A stretch of DNA of 64,000 nucleotides, taken from positions 45,160-109,159 of the forward strand of contig JAGVVV010000009.1 of assembly GCA_018304615.1 (NCBI GenBank), given 5' to 3'. Origin of the DNA: Candidatus Aenigmatarchaeota archaeon. GTDB lineage: Archaea; Aenigmatarchaeota; Aenigmatarchaeia; CG10238-14; SCSR01. Below are positions 1 through 8,013 of this stretch, piece after piece. Within the stretch, counting starts at the first letter, position 1. Each line of letters opens with the position of its first letter. The notes beneath the pieces are model-generated. The model saw nothing but the letters and a program-made list of their open reading frames with translations. It did not search any database and was not told where the DNA came from. The translations under genes were made by a program, and so were the position numbers.

Positions 1-572
1 AGTTTTCTCTGCATCTGGACTCCGAGCAGTCCTGCAGACAGCATCTTCTGGATCCTGCTCACAGGGATTCTGTAATTGTACAGAGCAATCACTGAATTCT
101 TAGCATGAATGTCGACGTCAGAGACAAGATAATCAACTCTCTTCTCAACAGACGGATTTTCAGTCAGCCTCGCTTTGGCTATCGGAGCTGGATTTGCAAT
201 AGGGGAAGTGTGTAGATCGAACCTCATCCTGAAAGTAGGACTCTTCATCAGCTCTACCTCCACATCCACTGGCTTTTTAGTCATCGCGACTTCCTGTGTG
301 GTCTCCATTAATTTTCCTTTGAAATTATTAACATCGGACTTGAATCGAGAATAAATTAGTTGTCCTCTTGTCTGCAAAATATCTTGAATCGAAGCATTCT
401 GCTTATACCAAAGTTCAGGAGAGTCGAGTTGCTGAGCGTTCTCCTGATGCTGAGGAGGGGATAAAATTCCAACGAAAACTTTCGGATAGAATGCCCTTCC
501 GACAAAAACAGAAGGAGGGGAGGTTCCAGTGAAATCTTTCGCAGCTTCGATAGTCTTCTTCCAGTAGCTCAT
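1..572 (-). CDS. Nre-family (NreA-like) DNA-repair-associated protein, N-terminal part; gene runs off the left edge of the window
   Basis: Not in the ORF track (open at window edge). Manual translation of minus strand from ATG at 572-570: MSYWKKTIEAAKDFTGTSPPSVFVGRAFYPKVFVGILSPPQHQ...; frame stays open to position 1. PPSVFVGR..YPxVxVG signature as I recall it from archaeal Nre (DUF650/651) proteins. Confidence 0.45.
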   Translation of the reverse strand, partial: MSYWKKTIEAAKDFTGTSPPSVFVGRAFYPKVFVGILSPPQHQENAQQLDSPELWYKQNASIQDILQTRGQLIYSRFKSDVNNFKGKLMETTQEVAMTKKPVDVEVELMKSPTFRMRFDLHTSPIANPAPIAKARLTENPSVEKRVDYLVSDVDIHAKNSVIALYNYRIPVSRIQKMLSAGLLGVQMQRK

Positions 573-637
573 CCTTTCAAGAATGCTTCTGACTTCAGGC
601 CTCAAAAGACCACCAATCTAGATTAGTCAATCACTTA

Positions 638-871
638 TTAAGCCGCTGAAGATTTTTTATCTATTTTCACGCCTTCTTCGAAGGCAGATTTGTCCACATG
701 ACCATATTTTTCAATCGCTTCAGACAGTTGCATGTCACCCATCTTCTCCGAGCAGTCCTTACAAATGGTCACAGTTTTCCCAGTCTCCTCGTCACCTGCA
801 GAAAAAACTAATCCATCTTTCCCACATATGTCACACTTACCTTCGAAGGTAGCAGAAAGTTTAATCTTCAT
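638..871 (-). CDS. small zinc-ribbon protein (hypothetical)
   Basis: 77 aa ORF; two CxxC pairs (CDICG ... CKDCS). Confidence 0.5.
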   Translation of the reverse strand: MKIKLSATFEGKCDICGKDGLVFSAGDEETGKTVTICKDCSEKMGDMQLSEAIEKYGHVDKSAFEEGVKIDKKSSAA

Positions 872-908
872 CTACATTATTTGTCTTGGAAGAAATATAA
901 GCAAAGGA

Positions 909-1940
909 TTAAATCTCTGATAAATCTATTTTCATACCTCTAAAAGTTGGAGAAATCAAAAATTTCTTCCCTTCATCAGTCAACTCCCAAAATATTTTTC
1001 CAGCTAAAATATTTTTCTTTATAAATCCTTTTTTCAATAGATGACTGCTTTTGGAATAAAGATAGCTGTTTATTTGTTGCTCCTTACGTTTCGTAAGTAC
1101 ATATAATTCCTGACGGCTTAACGGTCCCTGAGATAGTAGTTTCAAAATTTTTATCGAAGTTTTTTGTTGATTTCTAGGAATCATTTTGTATGAATTTAAT
1201 CCTAATTTAAGTTTGTTTTCTTTTTCTTTGGATAAATTGGCTAAACCAAACCTATGGAATTTTTTAAAATTATCATATCTTGTAATAATCACACAAAAAT
1301 AGTTACTACTTCTGTCTTTTGCGACAATTCTACAATCAATATCAAATTTTTTGATGTAGTTTTCAATCACAGTTAAAATTTTTTTGTTAGTACTGGGAAG
1401 TTGAATTGAGTGGGGAATTTTAGGATTATTCTTTTCTGGAAGAACTGTTCCTTCTGCTGCGAAAAAACCTGATATATAACCACGAATAAAATTTTTATCG
1501 TTAATCATTCTCCCTAGGAATTCTGTGCTTAAAAAGTTCCGAAGAATTTTAGTAATGTACTTGTTTGTAGTTACTACTTTCATATTTCCTAAAACCAGTC
1601 TACCTTTCTTGTTAAAGTGATATTTTATATCAGAAGTTTCAACTTTTGTTTCCCAAAATTCCAAAGTTTCTTTAATTTTCTTTTCGTCGTTTTTTAGAGC
1701 TTCTGGTAAAGAAAGATAGAAATGAAGTGGGTAGGATTTTCCAAAAAAATTATTGAAACATTTTATATAAAAAGTTATCAAATCGGGATTTGAATTTGCA
1801 AAATCTAAAGTTCTATTTACTACAGAACCGTCACCTTCAATCAAACCCAAAAAAGCACCAAATTTTTTGGATAAATATGGGGGTAATTCATCAGCTACCT
1901 CCGCAATCATCAAATCATGCTGGAACGATCTATTCATCAT
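909..1940 (-). CDS. free-standing double-motif LAGLIDADG homing-endonuclease-like protein with C-terminal winged-helix-like domain
   Basis: 343 aa; LAGLIDADG-type motifs FLGLIEGDGS (res 30-39) and ISGFFAAEGT (res 156-165) about 125 aa apart as in monomeric double-motif enzymes; C-terminal KILKLLSQGPLSRQELYVLT... resembles wHTH; spot GC counts 28-32 percent. Confidence 0.65.
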   Translation of the reverse strand: MMNRSFQHDLMIAEVADELPPYLSKKFGAFLGLIEGDGSVVNRTLDFANSNPDLITFYIKCFNNFFGKSYPLHFYLSLPEALKNDEKKIKETLEFWETKVETSDIKYHFNKKGRLVLGNMKVVTTNKYITKILRNFLSTEFLGRMINDKNFIRGYISGFFAAEGTVLPEKNNPKIPHSIQLPSTNKKILTVIENYIKKFDIDCRIVAKDRSSNYFCVIITRYDNFKKFHRFGLANLSKEKENKLKLGLNSYKMIPRNQQKTSIKILKLLSQGPLSRQELYVLTKRKEQQINSYLYSKSSHLLKKGFIKKNILAGKIFWELTDEGKKFLISPTFRGMKIDLSEI

Positions 1941-2042
1941 TACCCTCGAAGAACTTCGTTATTGCAATATTTAAATCGGACGGTGTAATCATTAGAAGAA
2001 CTTCTAATTCCGAATTAAATGTGGACGGAGGTAGCTAGTGAA

Positions 2043-2056
2043 CCACCTTCAATTTT
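2043..2056. repeat. 14-bp direct repeat CCACCTTCAATTTT, left copy
   Basis: Identical 14-mer recurs at 2889-2902; the pair brackets ORF 2095-2769 plus the twin hairpins. Confidence 0.6.
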
Positions 2057-2094
2057 GATATTACTATTTAAAGTTTATTTTTTATGATGATGGT

Positions 2095-2769
2095 ATGGAA
2101 AAATCCATTTTGTTGACGGAGATTAGAAGAAGAGTCAATCAGGCCGAAAAGAGAATAACCAACATAAAATATCTCCAACCTGTAAGAACTTTAGAAGATA
2201 CCAATCAAATTGTGTCAAAGGTTGATGAAATTATTGATAGTTTCATGAAAGCTATAGAACCGTGGAAAGATTTGGAATCACCATGGAAAAGTGCTCAAGA
2301 GGATGCACGAGGATATTCCTATATTGCTGCAGACAAGACTGGGATAAGCAAAGAGTGGGAGGAAGCATTTGAGCGGCTTAGAAAAATTGGACTGGATAAT
2401 GAAGTAATACAATCATGGAATACCGTTGGCTATTATGCTGCTTGGGAAGTCGTAAGGAACTTACCTAATTTAGAAGTAAATCCTGGGGAATTTTTATTAC
2501 AATTATACGAATTGGGTTTATATCCACATTCATTCGCTGATGTAAATGGACAAGAAAAATATATTGTCGATTTTCCAATAAAACATTCCAGAAAAACCGT
2601 TTTTGGTTGTTATGCTCACAGGGATGGGCGCATATTATGGACTCATGAATTAACAGAAAATTGTTCAAATCTTAAATCAATTTTACCTTCCAATCGATCC
2701 CGCACTGTTAACTATTTTTTTAACAATGCTGGATTTATGGCCTACAAGGCGGCAATTCTTTCTAAATAA
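2095..2769 (+). CDS. hypothetical protein (orphan, no recognisable motif)
   Basis: 224 aa ORF, ATG start, no family recognised by eye. Confidence 0.5.
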   Translation: MEKSILLTEIRRRVNQAEKRITNIKYLQPVRTLEDTNQIVSKVDEIIDSFMKAIEPWKDLESPWKSAQEDARGYSYIAADKTGISKEWEEAFERLRKIGLDNEVIQSWNTVGYYAAWEVVRNLPNLEVNPGEFLLQLYELGLYPHSFADVNGQEKYIVDFPIKHSRKTVFGCYAHRDGRILWTHELTENCSNLKSILPSNRSRTVNYFFNNAGFMAYKAAILSK

Positions 2770-2802
2770 TTTTGAATTATTCTGAAGCCATCATGACATC
2801 CT

Positions 2803-2879
2803 CCCCGGACTAAAGTCCGGGGTTTCCTTTGATATTATGTGACTTTCGACAGCATTCATCCGCGGACTAAAGTCCACGG
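2803..2879. repeat. two tandem copies of a conserved hairpin (GGAC-TAAA-GTCC core)
   Basis: 2803-2822 CCCCGGAC TAAA GTCCGGGG (perfect 8-bp stem) and 2860-2879 CCGCGGAC TAAA GTCCACGG (7 of 8 pairs); flanks also similar (CATCCTCC.. / CATTCATCC.., ..GGTTTCC / ..GGATTTC). Confidence 0.6.
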
Positions 2880-2888
2880 ATTTCTGCT

Positions 2889-2902
2889 CCACCTTCAATT
2901 TT
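2889..2902. repeat. 14-bp direct repeat CCACCTTCAATTTT, right copy
   Basis: Identical to 2043-2056. Confidence 0.6.
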
Positions 2903-2966
2903 ACGAAAAAATATTTATTCTAAGAAAACAAATTATGATTATAATGTTCTTTGCTTTACACTTTTT

Positions 2967-3431
2967 TTATATTTTGTCCAAAACCAGATGAAGGCTATAG
3001 CTGAAAAATATTATCAGAAACCACATTAGAAAATTTTGGAAATCCAAATTGAACATGAAATAAAAAATTATAGATAGAATCAACGAGAAGAGAAATGAAA
3101 ACTTGAACGTGTGTGTAATTCCGCGATGTTTTGTCGGGATGTTTTTGAAGAATAAATAAAGGACAACGAAGTAGACAATTGAAAGATACCATTCAGCTGA
3201 TTTTAAAAAAAGAAAAACAAAAGAGATTGTTGCGGCTGAAATCACTGAAACAAAATCTCTTATTTTCGACTTTCTCAAATCAATGTCAGGAAGCAGACTT
3301 GTGAACATGGTTACAATTACAAGAGAGATCAAAACTTCAACAGAAATTTCAAACTGGAAAAAGTAAAAGAAACTTATTATCCCAGTTGTTAAAAGGAGTC
3401 CGAATATCAAATGTAGTTTCCAGTCGAGCAT
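2967..3431 (-). CDS. membrane-bound metal-dependent hydrolase, YdjM/DUF457-like
   Basis: 154 aa, 4-5 TM; LPDIDLRKSKIR, HRGITHT and HLVLD motifs typical of the family. Confidence 0.6.
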   Translation of the reverse strand: MLDWKLHLIFGLLLTTGIISFFYFFQFEISVEVLISLVIVTMFTSLLPDIDLRKSKIRDFVSVISAATISFVFLFLKSAEWYLSIVYFVVLYLFFKNIPTKHRGITHTFKFSFLFSLILSIIFYFMFNLDFQNFLMWFLIIFFSYSLHLVLDKI

Positions 3432-3438
3432 GATTTAT

Positions 3439-4125
3439 TCACTCGAAAATTATTCTTGAATCGACTGCGATTGCTCCGTGCTCCCAGACAATGACAGGGT
3501 TGATGTCAAGTTCGACTACCTGAGGATTTTTTTCCAAGAATTCTGAAGTCTTGAGCAACATTTCAATAAGAGAACCGATAGAATATTTTTTCCCCCTGTA
3601 TCCTTTCAATATTTTATATCCTTTCGTTTCAGCTATCATCTCTTCTGCATCTTTCTTCTCAATCGGAACTACTCTGAATGAAACATCGTCAAATACTTCT
3701 ACAAAAATACCTCCTGTTCCAAACATCACAACCTGGCCGAACTGCTTATCTTTTTTTCCACCGACTACTACTTCCCGACCACTCTCAATCATCTTCTGAA
3801 TCAGGAACCCTTTTATCTTGGCATTCGGAACTCTTTTCTTAAGATTTGGTAGCATCTTGAAATAAGATTTCTCAAGATGTTCTGGATCGTCTATGTCAAG
3901 AATCACCCCACCAACATCTGTCTTATGAAGTATGTCTGGAGAAATCACTTTCAGTACGACAGGAAAACCGATTTCTTTTGCAGCAGCGATTGCCTGATTA
4001 AGATTTTTTACTGCTTTCGATTTGACAACAGGGATATGATTGTCGAGTAGAACTTGCTTAGCTTCGTCCTCTGTCAGGCTCCATCTCTTTTCCGATCGCG
4101 CCTTTTCGAAAATAGGATGAGTCAT
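3439..4125 (-). CDS. acdB: ADP-forming acetyl-CoA synthetase, beta subunit (ATP-grasp)
   Basis: 228 aa; EAKQVLLDNHIPVV...GFPVVLKVISPDILHKTDVGGV...ELDINPV pattern of ACD beta/ATP-grasp_5. Confidence 0.8.
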   Translation of the reverse strand: MTHPIFEKARSEKRWSLTEDEAKQVLLDNHIPVVKSKAVKNLNQAIAAAKEIGFPVVLKVISPDILHKTDVGGVILDIDDPEHLEKSYFKMLPNLKKRVPNAKIKGFLIQKMIESGREVVVGGKKDKQFGQVVMFGTGGIFVEVFDDVSFRVVPIEKKDAEEMIAETKGYKILKGYRGKKYSIGSLIEMLLKTSEFLEKNPQVVELDINPVIVWEHGAIAVDSRIIFE

Positions 4126-4170
4126 AAGATAATATTTTATCCTTAGGACATTAAGTTTGAGTATACAATT

Positions 4171-4815
4171 TTATTTTTCCCTTTTGCTCCTTTTCCAGAG
4201 CAATTCTCCAATAACGGGAATGATTGAAACGATTATTATCGCATAAATGGCCATCGAAAGATTCTCTTTGACAAAGCCAAGGCTACCGAAATAATATCCG
4301 GCAAGAAGAAAGAGGCCCACCCAGGCAACTCCTCCAACCACATTGTAAATTAGGAATTTTCTATAATTCATCTTCCCAATCCCAGCAACAAAAGGGGCAA
4401 AAGTCCTGATTAACGGAATGAATCTCGCCAAGATGATTGTCTTTCCTCCGTGCTTGGTGTAGAATTCCGAAGCCATGACTAAATATTCTTTTTTGAAAAA
4501 TCTTGCATTCTGCTTATTGAAAAGTTTGCGTCCTGCGAAATGGCCAATCCAGTAATTGACAGTGTCTCCAATTATCGCGGCCGCCGAAAGAAGAATGAAA
4601 AGCAGCTCGATGCTTAGAAAGCCGTTACTCGCAAAAGCCCCAGAAATGAAAATAAGTGAATCCCCAGGGAAAAAAGGGGTGGCGACTAATCCAGTTTCAA
4701 GAAAAATCACAAGGAAGAGAATTACATAAGTCCAGATTCCGAAAGTCTGTATCAGCCAACTCAAAGTCTGATCCACATTCAAAATGAAATTAATCAGAGT
4801 CTCAACAAGTCCCAT
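4171..4815 (-). CDS. DedA family membrane protein
   Basis: 214 aa; FLETGLVATPFFPGDSLIFISGAFA signature, multiple TM. Confidence 0.75.
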   Translation of the reverse strand: MGLVETLINFILNVDQTLSWLIQTFGIWTYVILFLVIFLETGLVATPFFPGDSLIFISGAFASNGFLSIELLFILLSAAAIIGDTVNYWIGHFAGRKLFNKQNARFFKKEYLVMASEFYTKHGGKTIILARFIPLIRTFAPFVAGIGKMNYRKFLIYNVVGGVAWVGLFLLAGYYFGSLGFVKENLSMAIYAIIIVSIIPVIGELLWKRSKREK

Positions 4816-4848
4816 TCTTTCAATTTACATTCTTTATGTAAAAAGAAA

Positions 4849-4977
4849 TAGCCCCGCGCGGAATTTCGCTTTTTCAGTTTCGAACCGCGGTCTCCAGGTG
4901 TCTTTCTTCATCTGTAAATCCGCGCTTCAGACATGAAGTCCAAAGCCTGACATCCTTGGCCACTAGACGACGGGGCT
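4849..4977 (-). tRNA. tRNA-Gln(UUG) with two introns (about 40 nt at 37/38; 16 nt in the T-loop near 59/60)
   Basis: Hand fold of minus strand: AGCCCCG-TC-GTCT..GGAT-G-TCAGG-CTTTGG[40 nt]A-CCTGG-AGAC-CGCGG-TTCGAA[ACTGAAAAAGCGAAAT]T-CCGCG-CGGGGCT-A; 129 nt minus 56 gives 73 nt. Confidence 0.8.
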
Positions 4978-4984
4978 GTGTAAC

Positions 4985-5266
4985 TCATTCTTGATATATG
5001 ATTTTGAAATCTTTAAATTCGCCTGTGAAATTCTCATTTTTCACAACCACGTCTCCGACTTTTGATCCAATCGGACCTTTCCTGCAGAAGGAGATAATGC
5101 TCTCAACTTCCTTCTCCTCCCCTTCAAAGACAGCCTCGACGTTCCCGTCAGGAAGGTTCTTCACCCAACCTGAGATGTGGATTTGTTTGGCTAGTTCCTG
5201 AACATTCATCCTGAAGAAGACTCCTTGGACCGAACCTTTAATCAGAACATGACTGCGGACTTGCAT
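4985..5266 (-). CDS. acyP: acylphosphatase
   Basis: 93 aa; VQGVFFR...GWVKNLPDGNVEAVFEG... canonical acylphosphatase pattern. Confidence 0.85.
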   Translation of the reverse strand: MQVRSHVLIKGSVQGVFFRMNVQELAKQIHISGWVKNLPDGNVEAVFEGEEKEVESIISFCRKGPIGSKVGDVVVKNENFTGEFKDFKIIYQE

Positions 5267-5301
5267 AGATTAAATCAGAAGTGAAAAAGGAAATAGATGA
5301 T

Positions 5302-5478
5302 TCAGAGGGAAGGCAGCATGTCGATTACCGGGATGGCCTTGCAGACTACTTTTCCAGCCACGTCTTGACAGACGTTCAGGTAGGAGAAAGAAAGGTCTGC
5401 CAAAAAGTAAACGAATATCATGAAAGTCATTACGGCTAATATCCTGAATATAGCCGTTTCACCTTTTTCAGTTATCAT
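5302..5478 (-). CDS. small hypothetical membrane protein (58 aa)
   Basis: Below ORF-track cutoff; manual translation MITEKGETAIFRILAVMTFMIFVYFLADLSFSYLNVCQDVAGKVVCKAIPVIDMLPSL; its ATG overlaps the upstream stop as ATGA (5475-5478). Confidence 0.4.
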   Translation of the reverse strand: MITEKGETAIFRILAVMTFMIFVYFLADLSFSYLNVCQDVAGKVVCKAIPVIDMLPSL

Positions 5479-5723
5479 TTTCCTACTTCTCTCATGCCCT
5501 TCTGGGTTATGGCATAGCAGCCTTGGCCCAAAGGCGACACATATGTGATTAACCCTTGGTCACTTAAAGCTTTGGTCACGGACTGTACATAAGAGGAGGG
5601 ATTTTCGACCTTATCTCCCAAAAAGGAGACCAGTTCTTCCTTCTTCATGACCATCCTCTTGGCTATCTCCTCGAGTATCTGCCTCTGAAATCCGTTGGTT
5701 TCCAATCCTATCACTAACCCCAA
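5475..5723 (-). CDS. small winged-helix (wHTH) protein, hypothetical regulator
   Basis: 82 aa; EEIAKRMVMKKEELVSFLG...VTKALSDQGLITYVSP...YAITQKG resembles MarR/ArsR-like wHTH. Confidence 0.45.
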   Translation of the reverse strand: MGLVIGLETNGFQRQILEEIAKRMVMKKEELVSFLGDKVENPSSYVQSVTKALSDQGLITYVSPLGQGCYAITQKGMREVGK

Positions 5724-5796
5724 TTTTACTCCTATACAGCCTTTTTCTCTTTTGCTTTGATAGAAAAGTCGATCGACATACCCTTTATATTATAAT

Positions 5797-6279
5797 TTGG
5801 GTTTCCCGAAACTAATAATTAAGCTTGTGAGGACAAAATATATAGTAGGTGTGGTTTTGCCGATAATCGGATATCATATTTCTTCAATAACTGCTGAAAG
5901 AAGGGAAATTTCTACAGAAAAGATAGACATAAACTCAGCACCAAAGATAAATTCAGTCGAGCAGAGAGACATGACATACCCGATCAAGCAGGCTGCACTG
6001 GCAATTTCCTTCGAATTCGAGACCACTTACACTCCGAACATTGGTGAGATAAGGATTGCTGGTGAAATTCTGTATTCGAACAAGAATCTGAAGAAAATTT
6101 CAGAATTTTGGGATAAGCAGAACAAGCTGCCAGAGGATATTGACATAGAGGTCAGGAATTTCCTGTTCAGGAAGTGCCTGTCTCTTGGTGTGAACCTGTC
6201 AGAGAACCTCCAACTGCCTCCTCCTGTGCTGTTTCCGCTGATTTCTGACTCGCAGAAGGATAACACTTACATAGGTTGA
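5797..6279 (+). CDS. hypothetical protein (weak SecB-like pattern); start uncertain (TTG at 5797; GTG candidates downstream)
   Basis: 160 aa ORF; no ATG near 5' end; C-terminal VRNFLFRKCLSLGVNLSENLQLPPPVLFP reminiscent of the SecB C-terminal region. Confidence 0.4.
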   Translation: MGFPKLIIKLVRTKYIVGVVLPIIGYHISSITAERREISTEKIDINSAPKINSVEQRDMTYPIKQAALAISFEFETTYTPNIGEIRIAGEILYSNKNLKKISEFWDKQNKLPEDIDIEVRNFLFRKCLSLGVNLSENLQLPPPVLFPLISDSQKDNTYIG

Positions 6280-6283
6280 TCGC

Positions 6284-6625
6284 GTGTTGAAGCAAGTCAT
6301 AGTTGTGAGGAAGGATATCGAATGGGGAAAAGGTAAGCTGGCTGCGCATGTGGCCCATGCAGCTGTAGATTCGTTGATGAAAGCTGATCCTGAGGACGTA
6401 GAGAAGTGGAGAAAGGAAGGTGGGATGAAAATAGTCCTGAAAATCCCCACATTGAAGGAGTTGAATGCTGTTTCGAAGAAGGTTAAGGAGAGCAAACTGC
6501 CCTTTGCACTTATAAGAGATGCTGGAAAGACCCAGCTGAAAAGCGGAACCGTCACTTGCCTGGGAGTCGGACCTTCAGACCAGAAGAAGATCGACAAAAT
6601 CACAGGAAAGCTCAAACTTCTCTAG
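6284..6625 (+). CDS. pth2: peptidyl-tRNA hydrolase, archaeal type (Pth2)
   Basis: 113 aa; KQVIVVRKD...GKGKLAAHVAHAAV...KIVLK...LIRDAGKTQL..GTVTCLGVGP. Confidence 0.85.
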   Translation: MLKQVIVVRKDIEWGKGKLAAHVAHAAVDSLMKADPEDVEKWRKEGGMKIVLKIPTLKELNAVSKKVKESKLPFALIRDAGKTQLKSGTVTCLGVGPSDQKKIDKITGKLKLL

Positions 6626-6663
6626 GAAAATCTTTATATATTGTCACTTAATAGTAGTTACAT

Positions 6664-8013
6664 ATGAAGAGAATATATTGGTTGCTAGCGCTGGAAGTGG
6701 TACTGGCCTATTCGATTTCTGTCTTCTTTTCACTCGGATTCCAAGACCTTGTCTGGGATGACAGCCATTACCTGAAAACAGCCGAATACTGGTATGATGG
6801 AAACGAGGCTTTCAAGGATTTTTACCTGCAACCTTCACCTCACTTCAGATTACAGAACCTCTCGCCTTTGCTAAGCGTGATTGAATATCTGTCTTATCTG
6901 GTTTTCAACATAAATTTGGTTCCGATCAAGCTGATTTCTGCGGCGTTCCTTCCGCTTTTAGTTTTTGGCTCGTTCAAACTCGGTTCAATGATCGAAGATG
7001 AGAAATTCGGAGTGATAGTTTCTGCTCTAATGATTCTAAATCAGACGATATTTTTTTGGTCGACCAGACTTTACAATGATATTCCCGGAATTTCTTTATT
7101 CATTTTAGCAGCTTATTTCCTAATCAAGGGAACGAAAGAAGATTATAGAAAGAATTATTTCATATCAGGGATAATTTTCGGTCTGGCACTTTTGATGAGA
7201 AGCCCCCTGGCACCATTGATCGGGCTTTTCGGATTGTCATATCTTTTTTTGAACAAGAAATTAAATTGGAAGGTATTTTACCTGGCGAGCGTGTTGATTC
7301 CTCTTCTTCCATGGCTGATTTATTCCCAAATCCAATTCGGTGATTTCCTAGATGGTTTCAAGGGGTATGCAACGCCTCTTGTCTTTCAGCCAATGAATCC
7401 CATAATGAACATTCCAGTTTTCTTCAAGTCAGTAGACATAGTCTGGTTGTTCCTTTTTGCAATTGGAATTTTGTTTACAAGAAAGATATCAGATCCCAAG
7501 TTACTTTTGGCGATAATCAGCCTCGGAATATTTTTGATTACCCCATTCGGAGATATCAGATACACAATACCTGCGATTGCATTGGGATCTTTCTTGGTAG
7601 CGAAGAGTCTGGGCGAGTTCTCTAAGCTGAAAGTCGGAAATCACATCATCATTATCTCGATAGTATTCATAGTCTTCTTGAATCTGCCATCATTCATACA
7701 AACACAGAAAGAGAATTTCTACTGCGCCCAGAATTCTGCAGTCATCAAGGTCTCTGAATTCCTGAAAGACAACTCCAAACCAGATTCCATAATTTTCGCT
7801 GAAAGCTTCTGGCCGCAGATTGAGTTTTATTCTAAAAGGGACACTTACGGCCTTGTAGGAGAGACTCCATATCTTGATTATTTGATGAATCTAGACAGAG
7901 TCAGATACATAATCAGTATAAACCCCCAAAACCACATAAAATATTTGGAAGGTTTCAAGCCATTAGCTGAATTCAAAGATGGCTGCAGGACTCTATACTT
8001 ATACGGTAGATGA
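6664..8013 (+). CDS. GT-C fold membrane glycosyltransferase (ArnT/PMT, GT39/GT83-like)
   Basis: 449 aa, more than 10 TM; acidic first-loop motif VWDDSHY; overlaps next gene by 4 nt. Confidence 0.6.
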   Translation: MKRIYWLLALEVVLAYSISVFFSLGFQDLVWDDSHYLKTAEYWYDGNEAFKDFYLQPSPHFRLQNLSPLLSVIEYLSYLVFNINLVPIKLISAAFLPLLVFGSFKLGSMIEDEKFGVIVSALMILNQTIFFWSTRLYNDIPGISLFILAAYFLIKGTKEDYRKNYFISGIIFGLALLMRSPLAPLIGLFGLSYLFLNKKLNWKVFYLASVLIPLLPWLIYSQIQFGDFLDGFKGYATPLVFQPMNPIMNIPVFFKSVDIVWLFLFAIGILFTRKISDPKLLLAIISLGIFLITPFGDIRYTIPAIALGSFLVAKSLGEFSKLKVGNHIIIISIVFIVFLNLPSFIQTQKENFYCAQNSAVIKVSEFLKDNSKPDSIIFAESFWPQIEFYSKRDTYGLVGETPYLDYLMNLDRVRYIISINPQNHIKYLEGFKPLAEFKDGCRTLYLYGR

